Shown here: in pieces, positions 41,587 to 55,128 of the stretch
How the letters are laid out: every line of letters begins with the position of its first letter
Numbering within the stretch: position 1 is the stretch's first letter
Source of the DNA: an uncultured Rhizobiaceae bacterium
GTDB lineage: Bacteria > Pseudomonadota > Alphaproteobacteria > Rhizobiales > Aestuariivirgaceae
NCBI GenBank assembly: GCA_964574205.1
Contig: CAZNLW010000002.1
Coordinates: 1 to 58,370 of the forward strand
Length of the DNA stretch: 58,370 bases
Direction of reading: 5' to 3'
The notes under the pieces: generated by a model
What the model saw: only the letters and a program-made list of their open reading frames with translations
Told to the model about the DNA's origin: nothing
Databases searched by the model: none
Translations under genes and position numbers: made by a program

Positions 41587-43002
41587 CTAGCGCTGCAGGC
41601 GCAACACGCGGTTGCCACGGACCACGGCCACCTCCCAGATGCGCTCGCCGCTGGCAAGAAGCCGGCGGAAAGTCCGCACGCTGTCCACCTCGATGCCGTT
41701 GACCTCCAGGATCACGTCGCCACGGCGAAAGCCGGCCCGTTGCGCCGGCCCGCCCACCACGTCCGTGACCACCACGCCCTGCCGGCGGCCCGGGGAGATG
41801 CCGAGTTCAGCGATGACCGCCGGCGAGAGATTGGCCACCCTCAGGCCGGCGAAGATGTTGCGCCCACGAATCAGCACCTCGTTCCGCGGTGGCACCTCGG
41901 GCGGAGCCATGCGCTCGACAGTCGCCATTCGCCGCCGCTCGCCACGCAGATAGGTGATGCGAGCCCGTGAACCGATGCGCCCGGCCCCGAAGCGGTAGCC
42001 GAACTCGCGCACATCGCCGATCTCGTGGCCATCCACGGCGATGATCACGTCGCCGCGGCGCAATCCCGCCCGTTTCAGCGGGCTCAAGGGATGAAGTCGC
42101 ACCACCAGCGCCCCGGCCGGGCGTTTCAGCCCCAGGGATTCGGCAATGTCCGGCGTCACCGCCTGCAGATGCACCCCTGCCCATGGTCGCACGATGCGCC
42201 CCTTGCTGCGGATGCCGTCCAGCAGCGTGCGCACCAGGTTGGAGGGAATGGCGAAGCCGATGCCGTTGGACCCGCCGGAACGGGAGAAGATCATGGTGTT
42301 GATGCCCACAAGCTCGCCTTTCATGTTGACCAGCGCCCCGCCGGAATTGCCGGGATTGATGGCGGCATCGGTCTGGATGAACAGCTGGTAGCGGTTGCGT
42401 CCCACACCGGTGCGGGCCGTGGCCGAGACGATGCCCTGCGTGACCGTCTGTCCCACGCCGAAGGGATTGCCGATGGCGAGCACGATGTCGCCCACCTCCA
42501 GCGCATCCGAATCCCCGATTTTCAGGTAGGGCAGCGGTTGGTCCGCCTCGATCTTGAGAAAGGCCAGATCCGTGCGCTCGTCGCGCGCCACCACGCGCGC
42601 CGGAAACTCCCGCCGGTCGGAAAGCACCACGCGGATGTCGTCGGCATCGGCGATCACGTGATTGTTGGTGACGATATAGCCATCCGGCGTGACGATGACG
42701 CCGGAACCCAGCGAGTTCCGCACCCGTTCCAGGGGGCGCCCGAAAAGGAGATCGTCGCCGAAGAACTCGCGGAAGATGGGATCGTCGAACAGCAGCGGCA
42801 CCCGCCGGCGCACACGCACCACCTTGCGCGCATAGACATTCACCACCGCCGGCATGGCCTTCTTCGCCACCGGCGCAAAGGAGAGCACGAGCTCCCCTTG
42901 TGTCTGCGGCACGCGCACCTTGGCCAGCACCGCACCGCCATGGCCGAGGATCAGCAGCACGAGCGCAAGCGCGACAGGAATGAAGCGAAAGCGTGACATC
43001 AT
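41587..43002 (-). CDS. DegQ/HtrA family serine endoprotease
   Basis: Signal peptide; SLGSGV, TNNHV, DLA, QTDAAINPGNSGG; two PDZ domains. Confidence 0.95.
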   Translation of the reverse strand: MMSRFRFIPVALALVLLILGHGGAVLAKVRVPQTQGELVLSFAPVAKKAMPAVVNVYARKVVRVRRRVPLLFDDPIFREFFGDDLLFGRPLERVRNSLGSGVIVTPDGYIVTNNHVIADADDIRVVLSDRREFPARVVARDERTDLAFLKIEADQPLPYLKIGDSDALEVGDIVLAIGNPFGVGQTVTQGIVSATARTGVGRNRYQLFIQTDAAINPGNSGGALVNMKGELVGINTMIFSRSGGSNGIGFAIPSNLVRTLLDGIRSKGRIVRPWAGVHLQAVTPDIAESLGLKRPAGALVVRLHPLSPLKRAGLRRGDVIIAVDGHEIGDVREFGYRFGAGRIGSRARITYLRGERRRMATVERMAPPEVPPRNEVLIRGRNIFAGLRVANLSPAVIAELGISPGRRQGVVVTDVVGGPAQRAGFRRGDVILEVNGIEVDSVRTFRRLLASGERIWEVAVVRGNRVLRLQR

Positions 43003-43435
43003 CGTTTCGGCCTGATCATGCGGAAGCCGCCCGGAATGCCTGTTTCCCGTGTCGCCGTGCTTTCCGGCATGCGCCACAATAGCCTCTCGGGCCGCGGAAT
43101 GAAATGCCGCACTGCCTGCCGGCCACGAGAACGAGGCTCGCCGGGCGCCTGCGATGACGCCGAATGTGTGTCCGATGCCGGAAACCGCAAGGGCTGTCCT
43201 GGACAAGGACGAACGCCACAGGCGTCTTGTTGGATGATGCAGATTTGTTGGATGATGGATCCGATGCTTCCGGCTGCCCTTGACAATCACGAGGGCCTGC
43301 AGGATCCCGAAACGGATCGTCTGGAACTGTCTTGACCGGAAAGGCCGGCTTGCATCCGGTCCCTATTGCCGAAAGGCGCCAGGCGCCCTATCTCGGGACC
43401 CAAGACGGCGAGACCTGACGCATTTTCTGGATCCG

Positions 43436-46450
<3,015 letters not shown>

Positions 46451-46539
46451 GCAATACTGAAAGGATCTGTCCTGGATAACCTGACAGCTTCCACTGCAAC
46501 GACTTGTCATTTTGCCATTTTAATGAATATTCGCCAAGA

Positions 46540-46665
46540 GAAGCGCCAATGGCGATTTTTCGCCATTGGCGCTTCCTTGCCATTCTTTCTGCAAGCCCAT
46601 GATGGTCAAGGATGAAATCGCTGAAAGCGACGCCCCGAAGGGGCGTCCTTGACAATCATGGGCTT
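46540..46665. other. Structured intergenic DNA: 16-bp perfect hairpin plus a Y-shaped three-way junction
   Basis: GAAGCGCCAATGGCGA-TTTT-TCGCCATTGGCGCTTC; AAGCCCATGATGGTCAAGGA...TCCTTGACAATCATGGGCTT enclosing two small hairpins. Confidence 0.6.
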
Positions 46666-46780
46666 ATGGAAAAACAGCCCTGTCTGGGACAGTCCCTACT
46701 GAAATATCCGCATCCTGCCTGTGAAATCTTTGTTGGCAGGAGGATTCACAAAGCCAGTCCAGTCGAAATCCTCCCTCGTG

Positions 46781-46893
46781 AGTCGAACGTTGAAGAAAGG
46801 TTTTCCAGTCTCCCGAGCAGGCTGGAAACACCTTTCAGAAAGAACAAGACGTCCTGCGGGTGCCAGGCCGTGCCCTGAGCCGGCAGGACGCAA
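46781..46893 (-). repeat. Multi-hairpin repeat family copy F: inverted right end + H3 + linker, then H2
   Basis: AGTCGAACGTTGAAGAAAGGTTTTCCAG...CTGGAAA...TTCAGAAAGAACAA, then GTCCTGCGGGTGCCAGGCCGTGCCCTGAGCCGGCAGGACGCA. Confidence 0.8.
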
Positions 46894-46918
46894 GACCGTT
46901 TCCGAACGATGAACGGAT

Positions 46919-47410
46919 TCACCCGAACTTGCGCATCAGCCGCGCCTTCTGCCGCTGCCAGTCGCGCTGTTTCTCGGTCTCGCGCTTGTCATGCTTCTTC
47001 TTGCCACGGGCCAGGCCGATGAGCAGTTTCACGATGCCCCTGTCGGTGAAATACATCTTCAGGGGCACGATGGTCATGCCCTGGCGCTGCACGGCCTGCG
47101 CGAGTCTCTCGATTTCTCGCTTGTGCAACAGAAGCTTGCGCTTGCGACGCGGCTCGTGATTGAAGCGATTGCCGAAGCGGTATTCGGGAATGTCGGCATT
47201 GATCAGCCACATCTCGCCGTCTTCCGGCGACACGTAGCTCTCCGCGATGTTGGCCCGCCCTTCGCGCAGTGATTTCACCTCCGTGCCCACGAGCACGAGA
47301 CCGGCCTCCAGCGTGTCCGTGATCTCGTAGTCGTAACGGGCACGCCGGTTCTCGGCCACCAGCTTGCCGCCGTCCTTTGTCTTCTTGGCGCCACCGCTCT
47401 TCGAGGACAT
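46919..47410 (-). CDS. smpB: SsrA-binding protein
   Basis: [40 protein letters not shown]. Confidence 0.97.
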   Translation of the reverse strand: MSSKSGGAKKTKDGGKLVAENRRARYDYEITDTLEAGLVLVGTEVKSLREGRANIAESYVSPEDGEMWLINADIPEYRFGNRFNHEPRRKRKLLLHKREIERLAQAVQRQGMTIVPLKMYFTDRGIVKLLIGLARGKKKHDKRETEKQRDWQRQKARLMRKFG

Positions 47411-47461
47411 GGACTGGAAACTCCCTTTCGCCGGTTGCCTCTCCCGACCGGCTGCTGACAC

Positions 47462-48361
47462 TCAGTCGAGGATTCCGGCATGGCGCATGGCTGCCTCCAC
47501 CGCCTCTTTCGAGGATTCGGCGATCTCCACCATGGGCAGCCGCGCATGGGGCGAGCAGAATCCCAGCAGCGAGACGGCATACTTCACCGGCCCTGGCGAG
47601 GTCTCCACGAACATCGCCCTGTGCAGCGGCATCAGCCTGTCCTGCAGGGCCCGGGCCTTCTGGAAATCGCCGGCGAGCGTGGCCGCCTGGAACTCGGCAC
47701 ACAGGGCCGGGGCCACGTTGGCCGTGACCGAAATGCACCCCACGCCGCCATGGGCATTGAAACCCAGCGCCGTGCCATCCTCGCCGGAAAGCTGCACGAA
47801 ATCCTCGCCCAGCTCCAGCCGCAGCAGGGAAACCCGGTCGAGAGCGCCCGTGGCGTCCTTGATGCCGATGATGTTGGGGCAATCCCGCACCAGACGCACG
47901 ATGGTCTCGTTGGCGATGTCGGCCACCGTGCGCCCCGGCACGTTGTAGATGAACACCGGCAGCGCGGTGGCCTCTGCCACGGCCCGGAAGTGGGCATAGA
48001 GCCCTGCCTGCGTGGGTTTGTTGTAGTAGGGCACCACCACCAGCGCCGCATCGGCGCCGGCCGCCTCGGCATGTCTGGTCAGATCGATGGCCTCCGCCGT
48101 GGAGTTGGACCCAGTGCCGGCGATGACCGGCACCCGGCCCTTTGCCTGCTCGATGACCAGCTCCACCACCGCCTTGTGTTCGCCATGGTCGAGGGTGGGC
48201 GATTCGCCCGTGGTGCCCACGGCCACGAGGCCGTTGGAGCCCTGCTCGATCTGCCAGTCCACGAAACGGCGCATGGCCGCCTCGTCGATATCGCCATTCT
48301 CGGTCATCGGCGTGATCAGCGCCGGAAACGACCCGCGAAACCTGTCTCTGCCCTGCGCCAC
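47462..48361 (-). CDS. dapA: 4-hydroxy-tetrahydrodipicolinate synthase
   Basis: GTTGES, GTGSNST, PYYNKP, YNVPGRT, GIKDAT; GGAGG RBS before GTG. Confidence 0.96.
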   Translation of the reverse strand: MAQGRDRFRGSFPALITPMTENGDIDEAAMRRFVDWQIEQGSNGLVAVGTTGESPTLDHGEHKAVVELVIEQAKGRVPVIAGTGSNSTAEAIDLTRHAEAAGADAALVVVPYYNKPTQAGLYAHFRAVAEATALPVFIYNVPGRTVADIANETIVRLVRDCPNIIGIKDATGALDRVSLLRLELGEDFVQLSGEDGTALGFNAHGGVGCISVTANVAPALCAEFQAATLAGDFQKARALQDRLMPLHRAMFVETSPGPVKYAVSLLGFCSPHARLPMVEIAESSKEAVEAAMRHAGILD

Positions 48362-48633
48362 GGCTGGACCTCCCGTTTCCCTGCACTCACGTGTCGAACC
48401 GAAAGACCGTCTTTCGAAATGCCCTTGCCGACTCCGGGTTGCAGGCATTAACCTTTGCGTAACCATGATGGCCCGACAATCGGCTGTGGCCAGGCTTCCG
48501 GCCGCTGGCCGGTCGCATGGTTCCGGCAGCTTAAACCACATGCGCCTGACCGCGGCAAGCCATGGATTGGCCGCATTTGCTCCCGATGCTGGCCACAATG
48601 GGGGGTTTGCGCGCGCATCGAGCGTTCGAACTC

Positions 48634-48673
48634 GGGCAGGATCCACTTGGGCAGGATCCATTTGGGCAGGATC
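48634..48673. repeat. 15-bp tandem repeat (about 2.7 copies) upstream of slt
   Basis: GGGCAGGATCCACTT GGGCAGGATCCATTT GGGCAGGATC. Confidence 0.8.
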
Positions 48674-48681
48674 GAAAGGAC

Positions 48682-50928
48682 ATGAGCGGGGCAGGACATT
48701 CCATGCAGGTCATTCGGCGCAATCTGGTGCGGCCCGTGGCGCTGGCGGCGCTGGGAATCACGCTTGCCGTGCCCGCCACCGCGGCACCGGACGACAGCGA
48801 GCCGGCCGCCCGCACCATCACCCGTGCCGTGCCGGCGCGCAACTTCTCACCCGCACGGCAGGACCTGGCCACCCGCGCCGTGAAGGCCGCGCTGGGCCGC
48901 CATTACGAGGAGGCCCGGGCCTTGGCGCTGAGAAGCCGCGATCCCGCGGCCGTGAAGCTTGTGGAATGGCTCTATCTGCGCGGCAATCCGAAGGATGCCC
49001 GCGCACCGGAGCTCATGGCCTTCGTCGACGCCAACCCGAAGTGGCCGCTGGTGAAGACCTTCCGCGTGCGGGCCGAGCGCCGCCTCATGCTGGCGCGCGA
49101 TGCCGATCTCATCCGCCGCCATTTCGCCACGCACAGGCCGGCCTCGTCCTACGGCCGGCTGGCCCTTGCCTGGCTGAAGGAGACCCAGGGCGACAGGGTG
49201 AGCGCCGCACGCCTGGTGCGCATGGCCTGGCTGGATCCGAACCTGCCGGTGGAAGCGGAGCGTTTCGCCCTGCAGCATCTGCGCCGGCACATCCCGAAAT
49301 CGCTGGAGGAGCAGCGCCTGTGGCGCCTGATCGTGGCCCAGCAGACCATCGCCGCCCTGCGCACGGCCCGGCGCATTTCCCGCCACCATCTGGCGGCGGC
49401 GCAGGCAGCCCGCGCCCTCATCCGCTTTCGCCGCAACGGCCCGGCCCTTTATCGCCGCCTGCCGGCCGCCATGCGCAATCAGCCGGCCCTGCGCTACGCC
49501 ATGGCCCGCTACTATCGCAAGCGCGGTCCCTGGGAGCGAGCGCTCGCCATGCTGGAGAAGGCACCGCCCAGAAGCCGCCAGCAGGATCCCGTGCAGTGGT
49601 TCGTGGAGAAGCGCCTGGTGGCCCGCTACATGCTGGCCGACCACCATCGCCGGCACTGGCGCCGCCTCTATCGGCTGATGGCAAACCACGGCTTTACCCG
49701 CCCGGGCAAGCCGGCCTATCGCGGCGAGTTCCTGGCCGGCTTCATCGCCATGGAGAAGCTGCATGATCCGCGCACGGCCCTGAAACACTTCCTGCGCATG
49801 CCGAAGCTGGCGCGCACGCGCACCTCGAAGGCCAAGGGCTGGTATTGGGTGGGGCGTGCCCGCGAGGCCCTGGGCGACATTGAGGGAGCCCGCCGCGCCT
49901 ATCGCGAGTCGGCAAGGACTCCCACCGTCTTCTACGGCCTGCTCTCGCGCGAGAAGCTGGGCTTGGGCCGCCGGCCCATTCCGCTCCAGATGGCCACGCC
50001 CACGCCTGCGGCCCGCCGCGCTGTGAGCCGCCACGAGCTGGGCCGCGCCGTGCATCTGCTGGCGGCAGCCGGCGGCAACGATCTCGTGGGCCATTTCGTC
50101 TGGCCGCTGGCCCATGCCTTCAGCAGACGCGAGGAGCTGGCCGCCGCCGCCGCCCTGATGTGGGATGCGGGCGGACCGGGCATGGCCGTTCGGCTGGCCA
50201 AGGCGGCGGGCAGGCGCGGCATCGACATCGACAACTACGGCTATCCCATTCGTGCCCTGCCCCGCTTTCGCGAGGTCGGCCCGCCGCTGGAACGGGCCGC
50301 GCTGATGGGACTTGTTCGTCAGGAAAGCGAGTTCCAGGCCACGGCCGGCAGCCATGCAGGTGCCAAGGGCCTGATGCAGCTGATGCCGGCCACCGCGCGG
50401 CGCGAGGCGCGCATCCTGCGCATGCCCTACCGCACTTCCTGGCTCACCGCGCGGCCGGCCTACAACCTCATGCTGGGCCGGCATCATCTGGCACGGCTGA
50501 TCGAGAATTACAGGGGCTCCTATGTCCTGGGCTTCGCCGCCTACAACGCCGGTGGCGGCAATGTACGCAAGTGGCTGCAGGCCTATGGCGACTTCCGCAG
50601 CGGTCGCCCGGATCCCCTGGAGTGGATCGAACAGATCCCCATCACCGAGACCCGCCTGTACGTGCAAAAGGTGCTGCAGGGCACCCATGTCTATCGCACG
50701 CGCCTGGGCCAGCGCATGCTGCCCATGTCCTATGACCTCTGGCGCGGCGTGCCCGGCTGGCGCGAACAGGTGCTGCCGGCCACCCGCTCCCCGGTCAAGG
50801 GACCTCCTCCCGCCCGCATCAGACCTGCAGGGAACCGCAAGTCCGCCACCTCGTCTTCCCGTCCGGCCCGGGAGGCGGACTGCGCCCGCGGCGCCGGTTC
50901 CATCACCGATCTCATCGGCCGGTGCTGA
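48682..50928 (+). CDS. Soluble lytic murein transglycosylase (Slt70-like)
   Basis: Signal peptide; helical repeats; [24 protein letters not shown]. Confidence 0.92.
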   Translation: MSGAGHSMQVIRRNLVRPVALAALGITLAVPATAAPDDSEPAARTITRAVPARNFSPARQDLATRAVKAALGRHYEEARALALRSRDPAAVKLVEWLYLRGNPKDARAPELMAFVDANPKWPLVKTFRVRAERRLMLARDADLIRRHFATHRPASSYGRLALAWLKETQGDRVSAARLVRMAWLDPNLPVEAERFALQHLRRHIPKSLEEQRLWRLIVAQQTIAALRTARRISRHHLAAAQAARALIRFRRNGPALYRRLPAAMRNQPALRYAMARYYRKRGPWERALAMLEKAPPRSRQQDPVQWFVEKRLVARYMLADHHRRHWRRLYRLMANHGFTRPGKPAYRGEFLAGFIAMEKLHDPRTALKHFLRMPKLARTRTSKAKGWYWVGRAREALGDIEGARRAYRESARTPTVFYGLLSREKLGLGRRPIPLQMATPTPAARRAVSRHELGRAVHLLAAAGGNDLVGHFVWPLAHAFSRREELAAAAALMWDAGGPGMAVRLAKAAGRRGIDIDNYGYPIRALPRFREVGPPLERAALMGLVRQESEFQATAGSHAGAKGLMQLMPATARREARILRMPYRTSWLTARPAYNLMLGRHHLARLIENYRGSYVLGFAAYNAGGGNVRKWLQAYGDFRSGRPDPLEWIEQIPITETRLYVQKVLQGTHVYRTRLGQRMLPMSYDLWRGVPGWREQVLPATRSPVKGPPPARIRPAGNRKSATSSSRPAREADCARGAGSITDLIGRC

Positions 50929-51124
50929 GACATCCCTGTCGCCCCCGGAACAGCCTCTATTGTGCAGGGCGAGCCGGCACAGGCGCATGAATGATGACGG
51001 GCCCCTTTTCATTTCCCGCCACAATCCCATATCATGAGTGCGGTAAGGACAGGGCTGCCCCATACCCATGCCGGCGGCTCTGACAGGGGCAAACCGGACA
51101 CGGCAAGGGCGAAAGCGACAGGCA

Positions 51125-52630
51125 TTGAGCAGGAAATCGCGCCGGCACAGACAGAACGCCCGCAACGGGATCACCTTCCAGATCGAGGAAAGGAAACCCA
51201 CGCGCGCCTATGTGTTGCACGTGGATATTCGCGCTGCCGCTCTCGGGCGTGATGCAGGGCCGCACCGACCGCAGGGCGGCAATGGCCGGAACCGTCGCCC
51301 GGGCCGCAAGGAGGAGGGAGGGCCCCCTCTGCCCCCGACGCCACGGCGCCGCCGCCCGGCGCAACGGCAGCTGGAGGAGGCCGTCTCCCTGGCGCGCGCC
51401 ATCGATCTGGATATCCGGGGTCAGGCCATCGTCTCGCTGAATCGGATCACGCCGGCCACCCTCATCGGCCCCGGCAAGGTGGAGGAACTGGCCGCCGAGG
51501 TGCAGGCCCGCGAGGTGGAGCTCGTCATTGTCAATGCCCCCCTCTCTCCCGGCCAGCAGCGCAATCTGGAGAAGGCCTGGGACGCCAAGGTGCTGGATCG
51601 CACCGGCCTGATCCTGGAGATTTTCGGCCGCCGCGCCCGCACGAAGGAGGGCCGTCTGCAGGTGGAGCTCGCCCATCTGGAATACCAGAAGACGCGCCTT
51701 GTGCGTTCCTGGACGCATCTGGAACGTCAGCGCGGCGGCTTCGGCTTCCTGGGAGGGCCGGGCGAGACCCAGATCGAGGCCGACCGTCGCTTGATCCGCG
51801 AGCGCATCGCACGCATCCGCCGTCAGCTGGAGCAGGTGGTCAGAACGCGCGAACTGCACCGTCAGGCCCGCCGCCGCATCCCCTATCCCGTGGTGGCCCT
51901 GGCCGGCTATACCAACGCCGGCAAGAGCACCCTCTTCAATCGCCTCACCCGCGCCCGGGTGCATGTGGCCGACCAGCTCTTCGCCACGCTGGATCCCACC
52001 ATGCGGCTGGTGCGCCTGCCCCATGGTCGGCAGGTCATCCTCTCCGACACGGTGGGCTTCATCTCGGATCTGCCCACCACGCTGGTGGCGGCCTTCCGCG
52101 CCACATTGGAAGAGGTGGTGGAAGCCGACGTGATCCTGCATGTGCGCGACATGTCTGACGAAGAGGAGGCCATAGCCCAGGCGGAAGACGTGGAACGCGT
52201 GCTCGCCGAGCTGGGCATCGGCGAGGAGCGCCGTTGCCGCATGATCGAGGTGTGGAACAAGACGGACCTCATGGATCCGGAACAGCGCACGCGGCTCGCC
52301 GCCCTGGCCGAGCGCAGGGGGGCGGTGCTCGTCTCCGCTGTCACGGGCGAAGGAATGGAGGCCCTGCTGGAGCGCATCGAGGCCGTTCTTGGTGCCGAGG
52401 AAACCCTGCGCGCCATTGCGCTGGCGCCGCATGAAGGCGCGGAGATGGCCTGGCTCTACCGTCACGGCGAGGTGCTGGAACGCCACGACGATGCCGAGGG
52501 CTGCCGCCTCCTCGTGCGCTTCTCGCCAGCCGATCTCGCCCGGGCGGAACGCCGCTTCGGCGAACGCCTGACCCTGCCCTTGCGTGCCGGAAGGGAAGGG
52601 ATCAGCGGCCAGGCCGACAGCCTGCACTGA
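51125..52630 (+). CDS. hflX: Ribosome rescue GTPase HflX (start uncertain)
   Basis: QQRNLE, LERQRGG...GPGETQIE, GYTNAGKSTLFN, LFATLDPT, DTVGFI, NKTD. Confidence 0.96.
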   Translation: MSRKSRRHRQNARNGITFQIEERKPTRAYVLHVDIRAAALGRDAGPHRPQGGNGRNRRPGRKEEGGPPLPPTPRRRRPAQRQLEEAVSLARAIDLDIRGQAIVSLNRITPATLIGPGKVEELAAEVQAREVELVIVNAPLSPGQQRNLEKAWDAKVLDRTGLILEIFGRRARTKEGRLQVELAHLEYQKTRLVRSWTHLERQRGGFGFLGGPGETQIEADRRLIRERIARIRRQLEQVVRTRELHRQARRRIPYPVVALAGYTNAGKSTLFNRLTRARVHVADQLFATLDPTMRLVRLPHGRQVILSDTVGFISDLPTTLVAAFRATLEEVVEADVILHVRDMSDEEEAIAQAEDVERVLAELGIGEERRCRMIEVWNKTDLMDPEQRTRLAALAERRGAVLVSAVTGEGMEALLERIEAVLGAEETLRAIALAPHEGAEMAWLYRHGEVLERHDDAEGCRLLVRFSPADLARAERRFGERLTLPLRAGREGISGQADSLH

Positions 52631-52870
52631 CCAGGGCAGGAAAGACGACAGCCGGAATTTGGCTGCACCGTTCCGGTCGGCAAGCCTCGTTTCGGGCATC
52701 GCGGTCCCGGGTTCCCCATCTTCACGATCTGTCAACCCTGCATGCACCATGAATGCCACTGGAGCGGGATCCGGCATGGGGAGCATCGATCAGGAATTGC
52801 CGGAGCGCAGACCGCCTCCCGGTTGCGGCATCCTGTCGCGCGGCGTGGTGGTGACTATGTTTTGCCACGC

Positions 52871-53458
52871 ATGAAGCGCATCATGGCTGACATGAGCATC
52901 GAGACGCATACGGATTCGTTCTCCACCCTTCGCAAGGGGCATGAATCGGCCAAAAGCGCCGCTCACGCTGCCAATCCCTGCGCGCGCGGCCGCTCCTGGT
53001 GGCGGGCCATGATGCGGGGGGCCGCGGCCCGCTGCCCGGCTTGCGGACGGGGGGCGCTCTATGCCGGTGGGCTGCAGGTGGTCAATTACTGCGACCATTG
53101 TCGCGAGGAACTCTATCACCAGCGAGCGGAACGCCTGGGGCCCCTGTTCTCCGCGTTTCTGGCGCTCAATGTGGCTGCGCTCGCTGTCTTCGTTGCCGAC
53201 ATCGCGGGCGATGGGGCCCTCTGGCCCATGATCGCGGCCGGCGGCGTGACCTGGATCCTGTTCTTCTGGCTCCTGCTGCCGGCAGCCAAGGGCATGGTCA
53301 TCGGCCTGCAGTGGACCTGGCGGCTGCATGGCTTCCAGTATGCCGCCATGTGCCGGCCGCACGCCCCCTCCCGTCTGCCCGTCACCGATCGCGGGCGGAA
53401 GGACAAGACGGCCGTGCCCGCTCGCTCCCCTGTCCGGAAGCCGTCAACCGGGGCTTGA
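52871..53458 (+). CDS. DUF983 domain-containing membrane protein (start uncertain)
   Basis: RCPACGRG, CDHC...HQRA, two TM segments, KGMVIGLQW...HGF. Confidence 0.75.
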   Translation: MKRIMADMSIETHTDSFSTLRKGHESAKSAAHAANPCARGRSWWRAMMRGAAARCPACGRGALYAGGLQVVNYCDHCREELYHQRAERLGPLFSAFLALNVAALAVFVADIAGDGALWPMIAAGGVTWILFFWLLLPAAKGMVIGLQWTWRLHGFQYAAMCRPHAPSRLPVTDRGRKDKTAVPARSPVRKPSTGA

Positions 53459-53617
53459 CGGCAGATCGGCGATCGGCAATACGCTGTTCCCCGAACCAGG
53501 TGGCCTGCAGGCAGGGCCGGAAAGCCCGCCACCGGATGAAAGGCGGCGGGAAAAGGGTTTGTCTTGCCGGCGGGCGAAAATCGACAATGCGCATTCTCGC
53601 GGAAGGAGACAACGGCC

Positions 53618-53785
53618 ATGGCCAAGGCGACGACCATCAAGATCAAGCTCGTCAGTTCTGCCGGCACGGGCTACTACTACGTGACCAAGAAGAATACCCG
53701 CAACATCACCGGCAAGCTGGTGAAGAAGAAGTATGATCCCGTGATCCGCAAGCACGTGGAGTTTCGCGAGGCCAAGATCAAGTAA
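53618..53785 (+). CDS. rpmG: 50S ribosomal protein L33
   Basis: [26 protein letters not shown]...[19 protein letters not shown]; AGGAG RBS. Confidence 0.97.
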   Translation: MAKATTIKIKLVSSAGTGYYYVTKKNTRNITGKLVKKKYDPVIRKHVEFREAKIK

Positions 53786-54249
53786 GGCCGGCGGTTCGCC
53801 CCGGCATCCCGAACCTCGGCATCCCGAAACGGAACACCAAACGGGCCCGGCACGACCTCACGGTCGCAACCGGGCCCTTCCGTTTCGTGCTGCACGGAGC
53901 CGCCCCCTGCCGCCAGGATCACGTCTTTGTTCTCCATATCGGGCAAAGGGATGGGCGACATGGCCCCCGTTCCGCAAGGGGTGGCCAGTCCGCCTGCGCA
54001 CGTCATGTCCGCAAGTCCGGACTGGCCCGCCCGTGCATCCCCTGCGGGCGATGCGGCAAACCCGCAAGGATACGGCACAGGCATCCCCGCGCGAGCTTCG
54101 CCGGCATTCATTCCGGCACAGGCCCGCGCGCTCATGCCTGATGAAAGCAAGAAACAGGCCAGAAAACCGGCATGCCGCGCCCGCCAGCCCGGGCCTCCCC
54201 TCTGCGCCGCCCCCTGCCGTGCTTCCTGCGAGGCGGGCCGTGGATGCGT

Positions 54250-54777
54250 TCAGATCTGCACCACGCCGGCAAAGGCGCAGCCGTGAGCCTCCACCACATG
54301 TTCGGCCGCGATGCTTTCCATGCGGGCCACCTTCAGGCCGCGGTTGGCGATGGCCTGCTCGGCCATGCCGCGCACGATCTCCTCGGCCTCATGCGCCGAA
54401 CCCTCGTGCGAGAATTCCATGATCACCCCGGCCCGCTCCGGATCGTCCGGATGTGCCACGGCCACGGCCGCGGCAATGGTGCAGCCCGTCTTGTCCGAGC
54501 AGATCTGGGCATAGGCCGTGGGCACCAGCAGCCCGGGCGCCAGCGTTACCGGCTCGATGCGCCGCACCTTCGGTCCCACGATCGAGGACAGGCGCACCAG
54601 ATTCACGTCTGCAATGCCGGCCCTGAGCAACGCCTGATCGAAAGCCACCAGCCGCTGGCTGCCATCCCCCGTGCCGGAAACGAGGAAATAGGCCGAAGGC
54701 TGAAACAGTGCCCGTGCCGCCAGCGTTTCAACGTCAAGAGCAGGAATGCGGGAAATCCCGGCAGAATGCATGTTCAT
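54250..54777 (-). CDS. Pyruvoyl-dependent arginine decarboxylase (PvlArgDC/PdaD family)
   Basis: AFDQALLRAGIADVNLVRL-SS-IV self-cleavage motif; GVIMEF; MA..RGL. Confidence 0.85.
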   Translation of the reverse strand: MNMHSAGISRIPALDVETLAARALFQPSAYFLVSGTGDGSQRLVAFDQALLRAGIADVNLVRLSSIVGPKVRRIEPVTLAPGLLVPTAYAQICSDKTGCTIAAAVAVAHPDDPERAGVIMEFSHEGSAHEAEEIVRGMAEQAIANRGLKVARMESIAAEHVVEAHGCAFAGVVQI

Positions 54778-55128
54778 GGCATCACCCCCAAAGCTGTCGC
54801 GTCACGAATGGTGGCCTTCGGCTCCCGCACCTTGATCGGGCCTCAGGACCACCCCCTGGCGCCGCCCTTGAGTGGCAAGCCTGGAAGGAGCACGGATTTT
54901 TCGGAAAATCATCCGTGCCGGCAGCCGCCGGCACCGCTGCCCTTCGCCCGTTACCGTTCAGGCGGGAGCGTTTCGTTATCGCCGGATGGTGGCACAGGCA
55001 AGGGGTCAGGTCAGAATGCGACAATCCGCCACAGACGAGGATGGCCACCCGCATCCGTCGCCAGCCGGTCATTGCCAATTGGCCATGCGCGCCATAGGGT
55101 CGCTCATCAGCAGGAGGGGCATGAGCGC

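Noticed and set aside
43278-43289. CCTTGACAATCA shared with 46647-46658, flanking uvrA
   Set aside because: A single 12-bp match is too short to support a mobile unit, and it includes a canonical -35 hexamer
46451-46918. tmRNA (ssrA) next to smpB
   Set aside because: No GGGG..GA/TCCACCA acceptor ends, T-arm or tag reading frame recognisable
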